From: Callorhinchus milii
Taxonomy: Eukaryota
Length of the DNA stretch: 64,000 bases
NCBI RefSeq assembly: GCF_018977255.1
Contig: NW_024704743.1
Coordinates: 42,224,001 to 42,288,000, forward strand
Direction: 5' to 3'
Shown here: positions 35,719 through 48,843 of the stretch, piece by piece
Position numbering within the stretch: position 1 is the first letter of the stretch
Layout of the letters: each line of letters begins with the position of its first letter
Program-made: the position numbers and the translations under genes
Notes under the pieces: generated by a model
Seen by the model: only the letters and a program-made list of their open reading frames with translations
Told to the model about the DNA's origin: nothing
Database searches by the model: none

Positions 35719-38700
35719 ATGTCCTGGCCTCAATCACCCTGCCTGGTAACCTATTCCTGTTATTAATTATGCTTTCGATAATTTTCCTTTGTTCGTGTTT
35801 TGGGAGGATGGTAGAATGGGTGTCCTAGAAGGATCAGAGCTAATGGGCTGAAGGATCCTCATCATCTGAACTTCTCTTGTGATTCTCAAAAGAACATTGC
35901 TCTGCATTTCACCCATTTAAGGTCTGTAGTTCTGCAATGCAAAATACATCAACTTCATCATAAGCGGCCTTTCTCCAATTAAATGGTCTTAAATTTTTTT
36001 GTTTTGTGGAATATTCTCAAAGTGATTTCGGACAGTACAATCTGAATGTAAAAGTGTTTTGTGTACTTTTATTCTCTAGGTTGTTGGAGCATGTTGTTGG
36101 TACATTTTATTCTGTTCTGAGTCAATTTTCACTCCGGCATACATCTTGTCAACAAATGCTACAAAGTACTTTGCTTACAAGTACCATATTACAGTCAGTC
36201 AGAGTTAAAACACGGCTGATATATTTCAAGGCAACTGTACACAAAGTGTTTCTTCATTTATAGTGTTCCAGTTATTTCTGTTTACACATGTCACCTGGCA
36301 GTAAAGCTGTCTTTATTGCTGGACAATGGGGTCTTTTGGTACTCAGTGAGTTAATGACTTAAAATCTTTAGTATTCCTGTGCTGCTGTCTGGCCAAGAGA
36401 TTACTGTGTGACTGTATGTGCTAGACAGTGTTTGCTTCAGCTGGCTTTTTATGATTGAGGAAGGAGACATGCAACAAAATCCACAAACTGTCTGATTTTT
36501 AACATCTATTAGCAGTGAAAATTCCTTCAGACCTTTATCACTAATCTATATGTGCCACTGGATGCCAATTATAAAACTGATAGAAATAAGCAATTCTGAT
36601 TAATTTTATCCTTTTGTGTTTCTTTCTGATTATATTTTTCAATGTTGCCAACTGTTCCTGATGAACTCATAGAAGGTTTACTGGCTTTGAGAAACTAATG
36701 AGCCCAATGATGAATGAAAGATGAATGAACTCATGTAGTTCAGATGACAAGATCACTGCAGCACCCAACACAAACTATTGTATGCCCCACTGAGAATTCA
36801 GTTCCCTTACACCACATGCAAGCAAGCAAACAATAAAGTAAGCAAGAAAGGAAGGAAGGAAAGTGGGGTGAGTGAAGGAGGCAGATAATATCAAAACAAA
36901 GTACTGTCGAAGTAGTTGCTTTTTGCTGGAAAACCTGACTTTGTCCCAGTAACGTGCCAAAACAGCCAACAGAAAGAAAAGCATTTGCTGACTCTATCAT
37001 CAATTTGTTGAGGAAAATACATGAATATTCATGAGGAGAGGTCAGCTCCAGGTAACTATGCTCCTGATTCAAGCATAGAGTTGTTGTGTATGAACCCACA
37101 TCCCATTCACTCTCATTGTACAGAATACTGCACTGGCACAACACCACTTAAGCATCTATTGCTGCTCAGTGTTCCAGATCCAATTCTTAGCAATCTAACC
37201 ACAACAAATCATGGCACTTTTTTCCACCAGGAAACAGTGTGCTTTAAATATCAAATGAATGTTAATGAAAAACAAATGTTTTTTTCATGAGGGACATGAA
37301 AAGCAGTGGAGCAGGTCAGGATGACTTCATCAATGTTTGACCATTAGAACTAAAGAATCATAAAAATCAATGACACAGCGGGAGGCCATTCAACCCATTG
37401 TACTAATTTTCAGGTATACTCCTCCAATGAAGCCATTTATCCTAACTCCAATTTCCTGCTATTTCCCTATTTCCCCTGACACTTTGCCGTGCTCATGCTT
37501 GTGTAAATCAACCTCAGTTTCCTGGCCAATAATCCCCCAAATAAAATTGGTCATTCACTTCATGGCTCTTTGTGGGACATTGATTGCAAATTGGCTGCCA
37601 CGTTCACCCACAAAACAAAGTCATACCAAAGATTGTTTTTTCTTTACAAATAACCTATCTATGATCAACCCTTCTTCGTCAGCCTACTGTCTGGCTCCCA
37701 GTTAACCAAGCCTTTGCATCACTTGAAGTATGTTACATGCGCAATTTTCTCCTCAGGATCATAAAGCAATCTTGAGGTAGAATATTTCATTTACTATCCA
37801 TCCATCTGATTGACCTATGTGTGGAAAGATACTTTTAGGTAAAGAATCTCTGAAATTTCTCTTTCAGCTTCCAGTGGGAATCATGAGGTGTCAGTAAAGT
37901 AATTTTCTGTCTCGTTTGTGATTAATATTCTGAATTTGGTTCAATTTCTCTGATGGTACATTTAGCACCTTCAGAGTCACCAAACTTTAAGTGTATTATT
38001 TCTGTTTTACGAGTAAGATTTTCTCTTCACCAATTTCCTAACTATTCCTCTTTTGGTTCAGCTTGCACTACAGTTCTGTACATATTCTTTGGTACTTTAC
38101 ATATCTTTTTTTGGGTGAGCCAAGTGTTTGACGCACATTGAAGCCCGTCATCATGCTTAAGAGTCTACAAACCAGACCAAGAGTTTCACTTTTATATGTT
38201 ACCTTTCCATGGAAATTTCCATTTTTCTAGAATGGAATGTGCACTTTCTTCCCAGAAAGATGCACCCTGTTTATCTAATTTTTGGAGAATATTAAATCTA
38301 GTTTGGTCTAATACTTGAGAATCCAGAAAAGTACTTTGAAGTACTACTAGAGTTTAACCAGCTAAAACTGCATAACTTGCAACTGAGAGCACTGCCTGGG
38401 AAGATCCCACTGCTTTTAGTAAGCTTTTTGATGCTTGCCCTGATAGGATCACCCTGCACCTTATAGCTTTGGTTTGCAGGTTTAACAGGAACTGATTGGA
38501 AAGAATCCATGTCCCTAGTGACTGGTCCGCCAACATCTTTGCGAGGACCTGATTAGACAACAACCAGAGACCATGAATGAGTGTCGGCTGAGACGCCGTC
38601 CGGTGTGGAGGGCGCTCTATAAATTCAAGTTGTTGTTGTTGTTCTCTGTCCTAATGGTGCTGAGACCAACTGTACCACCTTTATTTCTGCTCTGGCTGTG

Positions 38701-39276
38701 ATTCACTTCCCAGGAAGACCAGAGTTGAAACCTGGGACCTTGCTGTCTATGTAGATTAGTGAGTAATTATTATTATAATAAGCATTGAGAGGATTGTGAA
38801 GTGAAGCATGCTTCAAATAGATGAATAAATGTATTTAGTTTGATTATTTCTTTACTTTCATTGTACCTGGCTCTTCTTACAAGAGCTGATGAGTAGATGG
38901 CGTGTGCGCAGTACATATTACACAGCAAGGCCAGTGAGTAGTATTTTCACATGTTCAAAATATTTTCTCACCAATGTGAAAATATCAGTGGGTGGTGAAG
39001 AGAACAACAGTGAATGATGCTTGCATCCTAGAGATGAAATGAATATTAATCAACAGAAGCATTGACCTGTTGTCCTCTCTATTTTGCCCCTAAATACCCT
39101 TGTGCTCATGAGGGTTAAATGTGATTCAAAATAGAGTAAATCATATTTATTGAATTTGTGAATTCTTTATATAGACCACATTAAATTAAAAAATTCTGAC
39201 CTCAATTGCTCCATTTGCATAGTTTGATGATCATTTAACTGAAATGCTGAAACAGTAGCTGTATTATGTAGTCAGA

Positions 39277-39680
39277 TAATAATAATATAAAATATCCTTG
39301 CATTCGATATAGTGCCTTATCACATTGTTCAGACGTCTCAAAGCACTTCACAGAATATATCGTAAAGTGGATATACTGTGTAATTTGTGGGCGAAACCCA
39401 AGATAAAAATTTACATTTATACAGTGCCTTTTACATTGGGACAATATCTCAAAGCACTGTACAAAGTTGAACTGGGTGGGAGTGAAGGGGGGAGCTGAGG
39501 AGAATGGGGGAAGGTGGCTGAAATCATATGTGTTCTGGCAGACCTTGAAGACACAGAGAGGAAGGGCAAGGCAAAGCACTGTGGGGTGGAGTTCCAGAGA
39601 TTGGGGCAGAATGGCTGAAGGATTGCCCACTGATGGTGTGGCAGATCAGGTGGGGAATGTGAAGCCAGTCAGTATTTGTT
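39277..39680 (-). mobile_element. SINE tail (39277-39400) followed by a decayed L2 3' end (39405-39680)
   Basis: Both tails are recognisable; L2 portion GGAGTTCCAGAGATTGGGGCAGAATGGCTGAAGG. Confidence 0.75.
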
Positions 39681-39850
39681 GAGGGGAGACAGTGGGGGAA
39701 AAATCAGTAAAACACCAAATTTGAATTTGAAATAACACAGTTCCTTGTTTTTAACACGAGTATAAAAGCAATGGACTGCCATCATTTTGTTGAGATTGGA
39801 TTGTTGAATGAATTAACAAATACACTGTTTTATGAGTCGCATCTCCTCCC

Positions 39851-40012
39851 CTAAAGAATATTTGTTTGAAAAACAACTAAAAGGAATAAACTACAGCAGT
39901 ATGGGGGAAGGGCAGGTAAATGGTACTGATAGGATTGGTCTTTAATAGAGCCAACACAGACATGATGGGACGAGTGGTCTTCTTCTGTGCTGTTAATATT
40001 TATGATTCTATG
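39851..40012 (+). mobile_element. CR1 3' UTR remnant
   Basis: GAGCCAACACAGACATGATGGGACGAGTGGTCTTCTTCTGTGCTG..TATGATTCTA. Confidence 0.7.
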
Positions 40013-42979
40013 GTTCTGCTTCAAAGAAGCCAGTATCTCCGGCAAGGTACCCAGTTTGAGAAGAGGGGAAACAGGAGGAAAGGTCTTCAACCTTTTTCAC
40101 TTGTAGCTTTTAGGAATCCTCAACCAAACATGAAAATTGTACATTTCTTTGTTGAATAGTTATGTGTCCATTAGGATTCAGCAGCTACAAGTCACTCAAT
40201 GAGAGAAAGTCAAGCAACTGCACGCTCAATTCAAATGTCTGACCCATCTTTACATTTCCCTTTCTTTCCGTGACATTGCGCCCGTTAAGGATGGTCTGTT
40301 TTTGCTTAAAGACATGATTTTATTTCTGGTCCAGTAAACCTTAGCTGACCTTGTACCTTTGACTGCTTTCCATTAATCCCCCAAGAATAAATTTCCTGTT
40401 CACTGCAGTGCACCAAATGTGTACTTGCCAACTTGTTCTTAAAAAGAAAATAAGTGAACTGACACATTCAGGTGTTCAGTGATGCTTTTCTTGTTAGGCT
40501 TTTTCATCAGCTATCAGTGGAAGTTTATATCTGACTTTGAAAAAGTATGCTGTAACAGAGGGGAGAGGGGCTCAAATATATCAAAACCATCAGGAATCCT
40601 CAACCAAACATGCCTTGCTTGGTACATTTCTTTGTTGATTGTTGAATATGTCCATTTGGTGCGAAAATGCAAACATTAACAAGGTTTACTCTTATACATA
40701 ACAGTCAATCTTTTGAAGCATGATGGAAGAGATTGTGGTCTCATTTGCTTTTTTTCAGCCCAAGTCATTTCATGTTCAACCTTCCTTCCTACCCTCCCAC
40801 CGAACCCATCATTCACCTACAGATTGCAGGAGCCCCTGGCCTACCCGCTCCGAATGGGTAATTCCTGAGCAAACTGTCCTCAATACAAGAGAGTGGTGCA
40901 GCCAGAGAGATCATAACACTCTGCTATACCTCCTTGGTTACAATGGTCCCCTATTTTCCCAATTAAAGTTACTGCAGACACACTTGGCTCAGGAACCAGA
41001 CCACCAAGACCGCCAACTGTTTCCTTCATGTACACAATATACAGGACAGAAACAGGCCATTTGGCCCAATTTGTTTTTGCTGCTCTTTAGACTCCACAGG
41101 AGTGTCCACCCACTCCTTAGTCCATTCCCTCCTCCCCCGTGTGTATAGCTATCTTCCTCTTAAATACATCTGGAGTATTGGATTCAACAACTCCTTCAAG
41201 GCAACAAGTTCCACACTCTTACTTCTCTCTGGGTGAAGTAGCTTTGGTGTGTTACACAGCTTAGTCCATTAAAACCCAGATTTGTGAATAATAACAGGAA
41301 CATCAGAAATCAGGAAAAGAAAAAGTTATTCTGCTTAACAAGCCATGGCTACTACATCCTAATCTCAACACCATGCGTTTTCTGCTATATGCCTTATTAT
41401 TTTTATTTCCCAAATATCTATCCAACCCTCTCTTATGCCCTCAACCATTTTTCTCGATCGGTCGCATTCTGAGATTTACAATGAGATGCATTTTTGAGTA
41501 ATCCTTGTCTTGAACCTAACCCATTTCGCCTGTTTAATAGACCTCCTATATACCCAAGTGTGGCCAAACAATAAGAGTGGAGGCAGAATTGTTGATGAGA
41601 CCATTTTGAGTCGAGTAATTTATTGAAAAATCCTTCCTGCTCCTCAGAGGAATTTGAAGAATATATTGCTGTCATGGAATGAAGAGGATATGGAAAAACA
41701 ATCCTCTGTTGTCCTGTACTTCCAAGATAATTAACTATCTTCCATCAAGGAGAAAGGTTCACCATTTTGCTCAAAGAACTCTTTAAACTTTCCTATTTAT
41801 TAAGAGAGGATTCTTATCATAATTGAAGATTTACATTGCTTTTGTACAGATTATAAACTCCCTGTTCTTCACATTTGTAAGAGATTCTGGGATATTATAA
41901 CCAACCATTATTTAAAAAACATCCCAGCAAACATGTTAAATATACAGATTTCACATTCCTATCAAATCATCTCACATCACTCCTCTAAAGTTTGATTATC
42001 AAATGCATTGTTAACCCATAAAGTGCCATCATTATTTTACACCATCCAAGCTCATTGATTGAGAGTGTCAGTGTAGTTGATGCCATCACCATTCCTGTAG
42101 CCTCATGTTTTAAGACCTGAAAAATACTATCAAGCGGTCACCTGCAAGTGATCAGACTGTCCAACATTCAGACTTCCAGGCCCCGATTGATTGAATACAT
42201 GGCCTCTGGAGCTGGTTCTCAGTTAGTCAAAGACCAATATATTTTTGAATGTGGATTCCATATTCAAAATGGATGGTGTATATATAAGAAAGGAGTATGA
42301 GACAGAGTATTTGTTTTATTTCGGTCAGCCAGACATCAAACACATGCATAAATACATCAGAGTATGCATAAACGCTCTGAGATGCCGTAGGTGGAGGGCG
42401 CTATATAAATCCAAGTTGTTGTTGTTGTTGTAAACACTTAAGAGTATGAAAACCAAAGTGCAGTGATTGTGTGATTTTGTGGACTAATAATTTATACTGG
42501 TATGAATTCTTTCCCACCCATTTAATGTCTGGGAGAAATGTTTTGCATCAGTGCTTCTTATCCCTCAAAAGGTTATGAAACAAAGCTTCTTGTTCCTTAA
42601 AAGGTTATGAAACAAAACTCCTGAATATTCATTGTTATTGAACCAACCCGAGCCTGGTGACCTCTACAGACAATACTCCCCTCAATCTAGCCCCAGCAGT
42701 ACAGTAGCTATTATTTTCAATGGAGTATTTGATCATTTCACTCTAGAATAAGTTTCATCAGTTAGAAAAACTAAACATTCAGTTCATTTGTTCAAAATGG
42801 AAGGCAGAGAATGAGGAGGAAGAAATGGGGGAGGAAAGGGAAGAATGTTTAAAATGCTTCTTTCATTTAAAATTCCTTTTAGTATTTAACTAGCTTTATA
42901 ACATTAACATAAAATAATTACGCCCCTTCATTGTGCTATTTATTCAGCACAACAAAAGTGTGAGCTGAAAACTAAAACG

Positions 42980-43860
42980 TTCCAGTACCAACTCCAAGTC
43001 TGCCGATGTTCTATCAGCTTATCTGGCAGACATCAGGGCCTGGATGAGTGCAAACTTTCTGTAGCTGAATGTGGACGAGACGGAAGCCATACTACTTGGC
43101 TCCTGTCAACGTCTTCACTCCTGCGAATCTGAACTCCTCAACCTCCCTGGGCTCTCCCTCACACTCACCGAACCAGTGCACAATCTAGGCATTAGGTTCG
43201 ACCCCCAGCTGTCCTTCCTCCCTCACATCTTGTCCCTGACCAGGAACACCTTCTTCCACCTCTGCCACATTGCCTGCCTCTGACCGTACCTTACCTCAAA
43301 TGCAGCCGAAACCCTTGTGCATGCATTTGTCACCTCCTGCCTTGATTACTCAAACGCACTCCTCGCCAGTCTCCCCAGCTCCACTACTGTGGAGTCCTGT
43401 AGCTCAGTGGTTAGAGCATTCGCCTAGCAAGCGAGAGACCTGGGTTCAATTCCCAGCAGGGTGAAACCTTGGGCAAATTTCCTTACTCCACTCACGTGAT
43501 AATAATCCCTCAAGAAAAAAAACAATAATAAATTGGTCACTTCAATCCATGACTATTTGTGGCACACTGCTTTGTGCAATTGGCTGCCGCGTTTCACCCA
43601 TAAATATACAGTCAATTCACTTTACAGTATATTCTGTGAAGCGCTTTGAGACGTCTACAACAACAACAACAAGATTACATTTGTATAGCGCCTTTCATGT
43701 CGGAAGGACGTCCCAAGGGGCTGAAAAGAAGGTGTGAAAAGTGTTATATCAAGTATCAAAAGATCGAGCTCATTCAAAACTCTGCCACCCGCATATTGAC
43801 CCGGACCAAACTCTGTACCCACATCTCACCAATTCTGGCCAAGCTCCACTGACTCCCCAC
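42980..43860 (+). mobile_element. L2 RT fragment interrupted by a SINE (43391-43752); L2 resumes at 44176-44430
   Basis: ADIRAWMSANFL*LNVDETEAILLG..VHNLGIRFDPQLSFLPHI; IQNSATRILTRTK..HISPILAKLH; same family as 55870-56810. Confidence 0.9.
43391..43752 (+). mobile_element. tRNA/Deu SINE whose tail carries an antisense L2 tail insertion (43657-43723)
   Basis: GGAGTCCTGTAGCTCAGTGG head; tail split at GAGACGTCT|(ACA)n. Confidence 0.9.
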
Positions 43861-44175
43861 ACTGAATGAGTGATGGGGAGTCAGTGGAGCTTGGCCAAGA
43901 GCTGAAACACCTCTGAAAAGCACTAAAAGCCAACCTGACGTAACTGTCAGGGGACAATTAAACCAGCCTCAAATGCCTTTTAGCATTCTATGGGACTTAC
44001 ATATAATAATGTTTCATTTATTTACACTTACCAGTAATTACTCATGCAGCACTTTGAGATGTTTTGACGTGATAAGGCACTACACAAATGTATGTTCTTT
44101 CTTCAAAATGATCACTGTAAATATAGTACTTAAGGGCTAAAAGTTAGAAATAATGCTTAATGAACTTTAAAAAGC

Positions 44176-44430
44176 CAGGCTTCACTGGCTCCCTATCACC
44201 GAAAGGATCGACTTCAAGATCCTGACGCTTGTGTTCATATCCCTTCACTCCCTGGCACCTCCCTACCTCTCCGACCTCCTCACTCCCCAATCCACCACCT
44301 GGCCCCTCTGTTCCACTGGCACTGGCCTCCTGCTTGTCCCTCGCACCCTCCACCCTACCATCGGAGGTCATGCTTTCAACCACTAAGCTCTGAAACTCTG
44401 AAACACTCTCTCTCTATCCCTCCAGCTTGT
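44176..44430 (+). mobile_element. L2 RT C-terminal fragment
   Basis: RLHWLPITERIDFKILTLVF..LAPPYLSDLL..TIGGHAF. Confidence 0.85.
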
Positions 44431-46660
44431 AGCAAACACTAACAATTCAGTAGATTAAACTAGTGACATATTCATCTAATTCAACAGTGAAAGAATGTGC
44501 AGGTCAGTTGAGTTATTGTTTCCTCTTAGTTATACTTCTGGTAGGACAATTGTCACTGGAAAGCTTTCCCATTAACTCTGTCTTTTAGGTAGCAATGAAT
44601 ATGCATCATGGGTGCCATTCACTAAACAAGAATATTCCCTCACCAGGTACCCACTAAGCTGAAGGTGACTCTAATCAGCTTGGTGAATGTGGACATTAGC
44701 ACCAAATCACCCCAGGTTTGGAAGCAGCAGAGGTTGTGAGAGTGGCAGGATCAGAAGTAACCAGAAGCAATAGAAATAAGGTAAGTGTTAGAGGAGTGGG
44801 AATGTGTTGTAATTGGGTTAATGTTTGGTCGTAAAAAGCAAATAATATGAACCAGATAAAGCTCAAATTCCATTTTCCACAATGTTGCAATTCTCCTAAT
44901 TGAAATCATTTGTGGTATTGCTGATAAAACAAAACTACTATTTGAGGAAAAGTTGCAGCTGGAACAACCTCTAAGCAGATCAGCAAAAACTTTGTGCACG
45001 GGGAGGTCATAACCTTATGAAACCGTGAATTGCTCAAATGAATAATTTCTGCAGTCAATAGAAGTCACCTCTATCAGGAAAGAGAAACAAGGAGATGTGT
45101 AGGTACTGCAGCCTGTCAGGATTGTTAGCATCTAGTTTAGCATCACTTTTGACCCCAAGATATTGGAGTTTATGACGAGGTGCAGGGTAATTAGGGGAGA
45201 GCTCATAGCCTATCACTTATAGCAGCAGTAATGTAGTGAATGACAGCTTAAAACTAAAGTAAGATGGATGATAGAAAATTCTGTGCTCTGCTGCATTTTA
45301 CTGAATCCACTGTATGTGAGAGAATTATATGCTGCATAGAATGGGACAGGTTATCAAAAAGGGAATATGTAGTATCACATGTTGGTGGATTCAGAGACTG
45401 CCACGCTCTTAAGTGACTGATGAGAAAATAGAATTGGTAACGAACTTGTCAGAAAAAANCATCAATACACCATCTTTTAATAACATTGCTGTTTCTGACA
45501 TGAAATATTGAGGATGGTGATGCAGTGCAGATTTCTTTCAGATGTTCAATGAAGTATAGGAATAGGAGTAGGCATTTCAGCATGTCAAGCACGTTCTCTC
45601 ATTTCATTAGATTATGGCAGATCTTTAAGTTCCATTTCCTTGCTTTTTCTCCATTTCACTAAATATCCTTACTTCTCAAGTATCTATTCATAGAACCGTA
45701 GACATTTACAGAACTGAAGAAGGCCATTCGGCCCATCGCGTCTGTGCTAGCGTTTTTAAATAACACATCTTAAAGAGCAATCTATCTCCCTTTTACATCC
45801 CAATCAAGCATTTTGTTTTCCATTATACAATCCTAACACATCCTAATGTCATCAAGAAAACAGATGTGCAAAATACACACATTTGCACTGAATTTAGAAT
45901 TGATTGTGATTTTTGATTAAACAGATTCATTTTGTGAACATTCAACTATGATGGTTAACACTAGGCCTCTGACAAATTGGACTCCATATTAGAAATCCAA
46001 GATTAAAGCTCAAACTAGGAATTGGATTCAGGTATCCTCTACTGTTGGATAAAGCAGAGGAGTCTGTTGAAGAGAGAAAAGGAAAGTTTGTCAGGTGCAA
46101 ATCTATTTCCTGTGTTACTCATGTTCATTTCCTGGTTGGACAAGGGGTAGCATTGATGGCCTCTGTGCAAAGGTTTGAGAAATAGATCAGAATTTTGTCT
46201 CAATTCAAAGAATAGCAAAAAGGAGAAACTGTAAACAGTGATGAAATATTGAATAATTGAATATAAATATAGAAATGAAAGCCTTTGTTTCCTATACATT
46301 TTTGAACCAATAATTATCATATTGAATCGGTTACCAAACATCATCATTTCCTATTACCAAAGACTATGTATGGATTTGATCTGATCTCAGGTGAGTAAAC
46401 TTGTCCGACACAATAGATTGCTCAGTTCCTCGAGTGACCATTCTTACAGGATGAAGCTTGACCTGCCCACATCAATTATATTCTTCAGTAAATATTAATA
46501 TTTTTGGTATTTGTGTGTAAAATTAGCTTTTGGAACTAGTTTCAGCCAAATAAAGACTAAGGTTATCCTGATACCTCCTGTCTATGGTTGAATAGTGAAA
46601 ATGAAGGGATTGCTAACTTATTGGGTTCAGGGTTTATCTAAACAATACTTACCTCTAGGT

Positions 46661-46753
46661 GAAACAAAAACAGAGAGAGCTGGGAAAACTCAGCAGGTCA
46701 GGCAGCATCTATGGAAAAAGGAAAGTGAGTCAACGTTTTGGGTCCACGACCCT
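46661..46753. mobile_element. Remnant resembling the terminal repeat of a shark Penelope-like element
   Basis: GAAACAAAAACAGAGAGAGCTGGGAAAACTCAGCAGGTCAGGCAGCATCTATGG..GAGTCAACGTTTTGGGTC resembles a common chondrichthyan repeat; family assignment from recall, not from a search. Confidence 0.5.
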
Positions 46754-47130
46754 GCGATTGGGTGGGATATAGAATAAGGCACAATATCAAAATGCAAGGA
46801 TTATTTTTAGTGTTTGATATAGTAGTGCACATGGGGAGTGCAGTATTGATGAGCTGAATGGTCATTTCTTCTTCCATCTTTTATGCCAAACAGCTATCAC
46901 TTTTTTACCAATGTGAACCTGATTTGTAAACCAAAAATGCTTGTCTGCAACAGCTCTTGAAACACAATGTAGGCAGATGGAAAATGTGAGCATTCACAGT
47001 TCAGTCAGGTCTGTAGATGTATTTGTTTTTCTGCCACAGATAACTGTTCTCTTGTATTTATGCAGAGTGGTAAAGTATAACTTTCCACATTGTATTAGCT
47101 CCATTAAATCCTGCAAAGCGATTTGAGACA

Positions 47131-47445
47131 TAATAATAATAATCCTTGCATTTGATATAGCGCTTTTCACGTCGAGAGGACGTCCCAAAGCGCTTCACAG
47201 AACACACTGTAAAGTGAATTGACTGTATATTTGTGGGCGAACGCGGCAGCCAATTGCGCACAGCAATGTCCCACAAACAGTCGTGGATTGAAAATGACTA
47301 ATTTAATTATTGTTTTTGGTTTTGGAGGGATTATTATTAGGCGTGTGGAGTAAGGAAACTTGCCCAAGGTTTCGCCCTGCCTGGAATTGAACTCAGGTCT
47401 CTCACTTGCAAAGCGAGTGCTCTAACCACTGAGCTACAGGACTCC
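47131..47445 (-). mobile_element. Full-length young tRNA/Deu SINE
   Basis: Complete head, core and tail; flanked by ACA inside an older SINE tail. Confidence 0.93.
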
Positions 47446-48184
47446 ACATCCACCCAATGTAAAAAAAACTATATAAAACGCAAGTATCACAGCTATTGTA
47501 ATGCAACTCAATTACAGTACAATTTATATTTATACAACAACAACAACTTGGATTTATGTTGCGCCCTCCGCACTGGATGGCGTCTCACTTTTCACATTGG
47601 GACGACGTCACAATGTGCTTGAAAATAAGCTCCTCAAGAAAGCCCCATTCTGAATAATTTTGAATGGCTATTTCTTCAATCATTGGCAGTGGATAGACAC
47701 CGCATTGCCTGAGAGACGTTTGATTATCCTATCTGTCCTTGTTCCTCAAGGGACAGGGTGCAAGGAGATCACAGAAAAATGGCACATGAGAGCTCCCCAG
47801 TGAACACAGGTCTGAAAAGATTGTATTTAATAGAAAATTTGACAGCAAAACTATCTGTGTCTCCATGAACCTCAAAAGAAAACTACACACACTCTCTAGA
47901 TATCTTGCAGTTTACATTACAGTACAGTAACCCCAGATGATTGCTTCGACAGCACAGTGGCAAGGATTTCAAGAACTGTGTGGCTTCAATCATCCAACCA
48001 CAAAATAGAAAAACATATGGTAAGTTATTTACTTCTCTGTTGCTTCTGTCAAAAGGACAGTAAATAGAGCTAAACTAACGATGACAGGAAGCAGCAAAGT
48101 ATCTTCAAATAGAATTTTAAACTTTGCAGGGCATTTTTGTCAATTAACTTTAAAACAACGTCATCATTAAAATCCTTAGCAAAA

Positions 48185-48630
48185 AGATAATCCTTGCATT
48201 TGGTATAGCACCTTTCACATTGGGAGAAAATTTCAGTGCACTGCACAGGATTTACTGTAATGTGTAGTAACTGTGCATTTTTATAGGTAAATAATGAAAC
48301 CAATTTCCATACAGCAATATCTCATAAACAGCCATTAAAGTGAAAGACCTTTTTGTTATTTGTGGGGATTATTGGCCAGGACGCTCTCTTCTCTTTTCAA
48401 AATAGATTGTTAATGACCACTGAACGGGCAGACAGGATATTGTTTAAACGTCTCATCGAAAGGATGGTGCCTCTGACAATGCAGTACTCCCTAATCACTG
48501 TATTGAAGTGTCAGCCAAGTTCAAATTAGTTCAATGAGTTTATATTAGTTCAAATTTATATCAATTTAAATTTCCAAAGTGGGGCTTGAACCCATAACTT
48601 TCTGACTCAGAGGAGAGAGTGCTATGAATT
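48185..48630 (-). mobile_element. Near full-length old SacSINE1-like SINE
   Basis: Tail, Deu core, body AAACGTCTCATCGAAAGGATGGTGCCTCTGACAATGCAG, head GAACCCATAACTTTCTGACTCAGAGG. Confidence 0.78.
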
Positions 48631-48702
48631 GACCTAGGGTATAGGCATAAAATACCTATCAGCTCTGTCTTATAATAATAATAATCCTTGCATTTGTGGT
48701 AA

Positions 48703-48843
48703 TGATCGAGGGGGTGGCCATGGTTGTGGCTCAGTAGGTTTATGTAAATGGAGAGGTTTAGGGTGGAGAGAAGGGCATTAAATTCAGAGGAGATGGGGCA
48801 AGAGGAGTTTAGGTGAAGGTTGAAATCACCCATTATGATCAGG
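48703..48843 (-). mobile_element. L2 apurinic-like endonuclease domain fragment
   Basis: LIIMGDFNLHLNSSCPISSEFNALLSTLNL..SHNHGHPLD (GDFN and H..GH.LD motifs). Confidence 0.85.

Noticed and set aside
36080..36210. Strong acceptor TTTTATTCTCTAG followed by VVGACCWYILFC..
   Set aside because: The frame ends in a stop with no convincing donor or homology.
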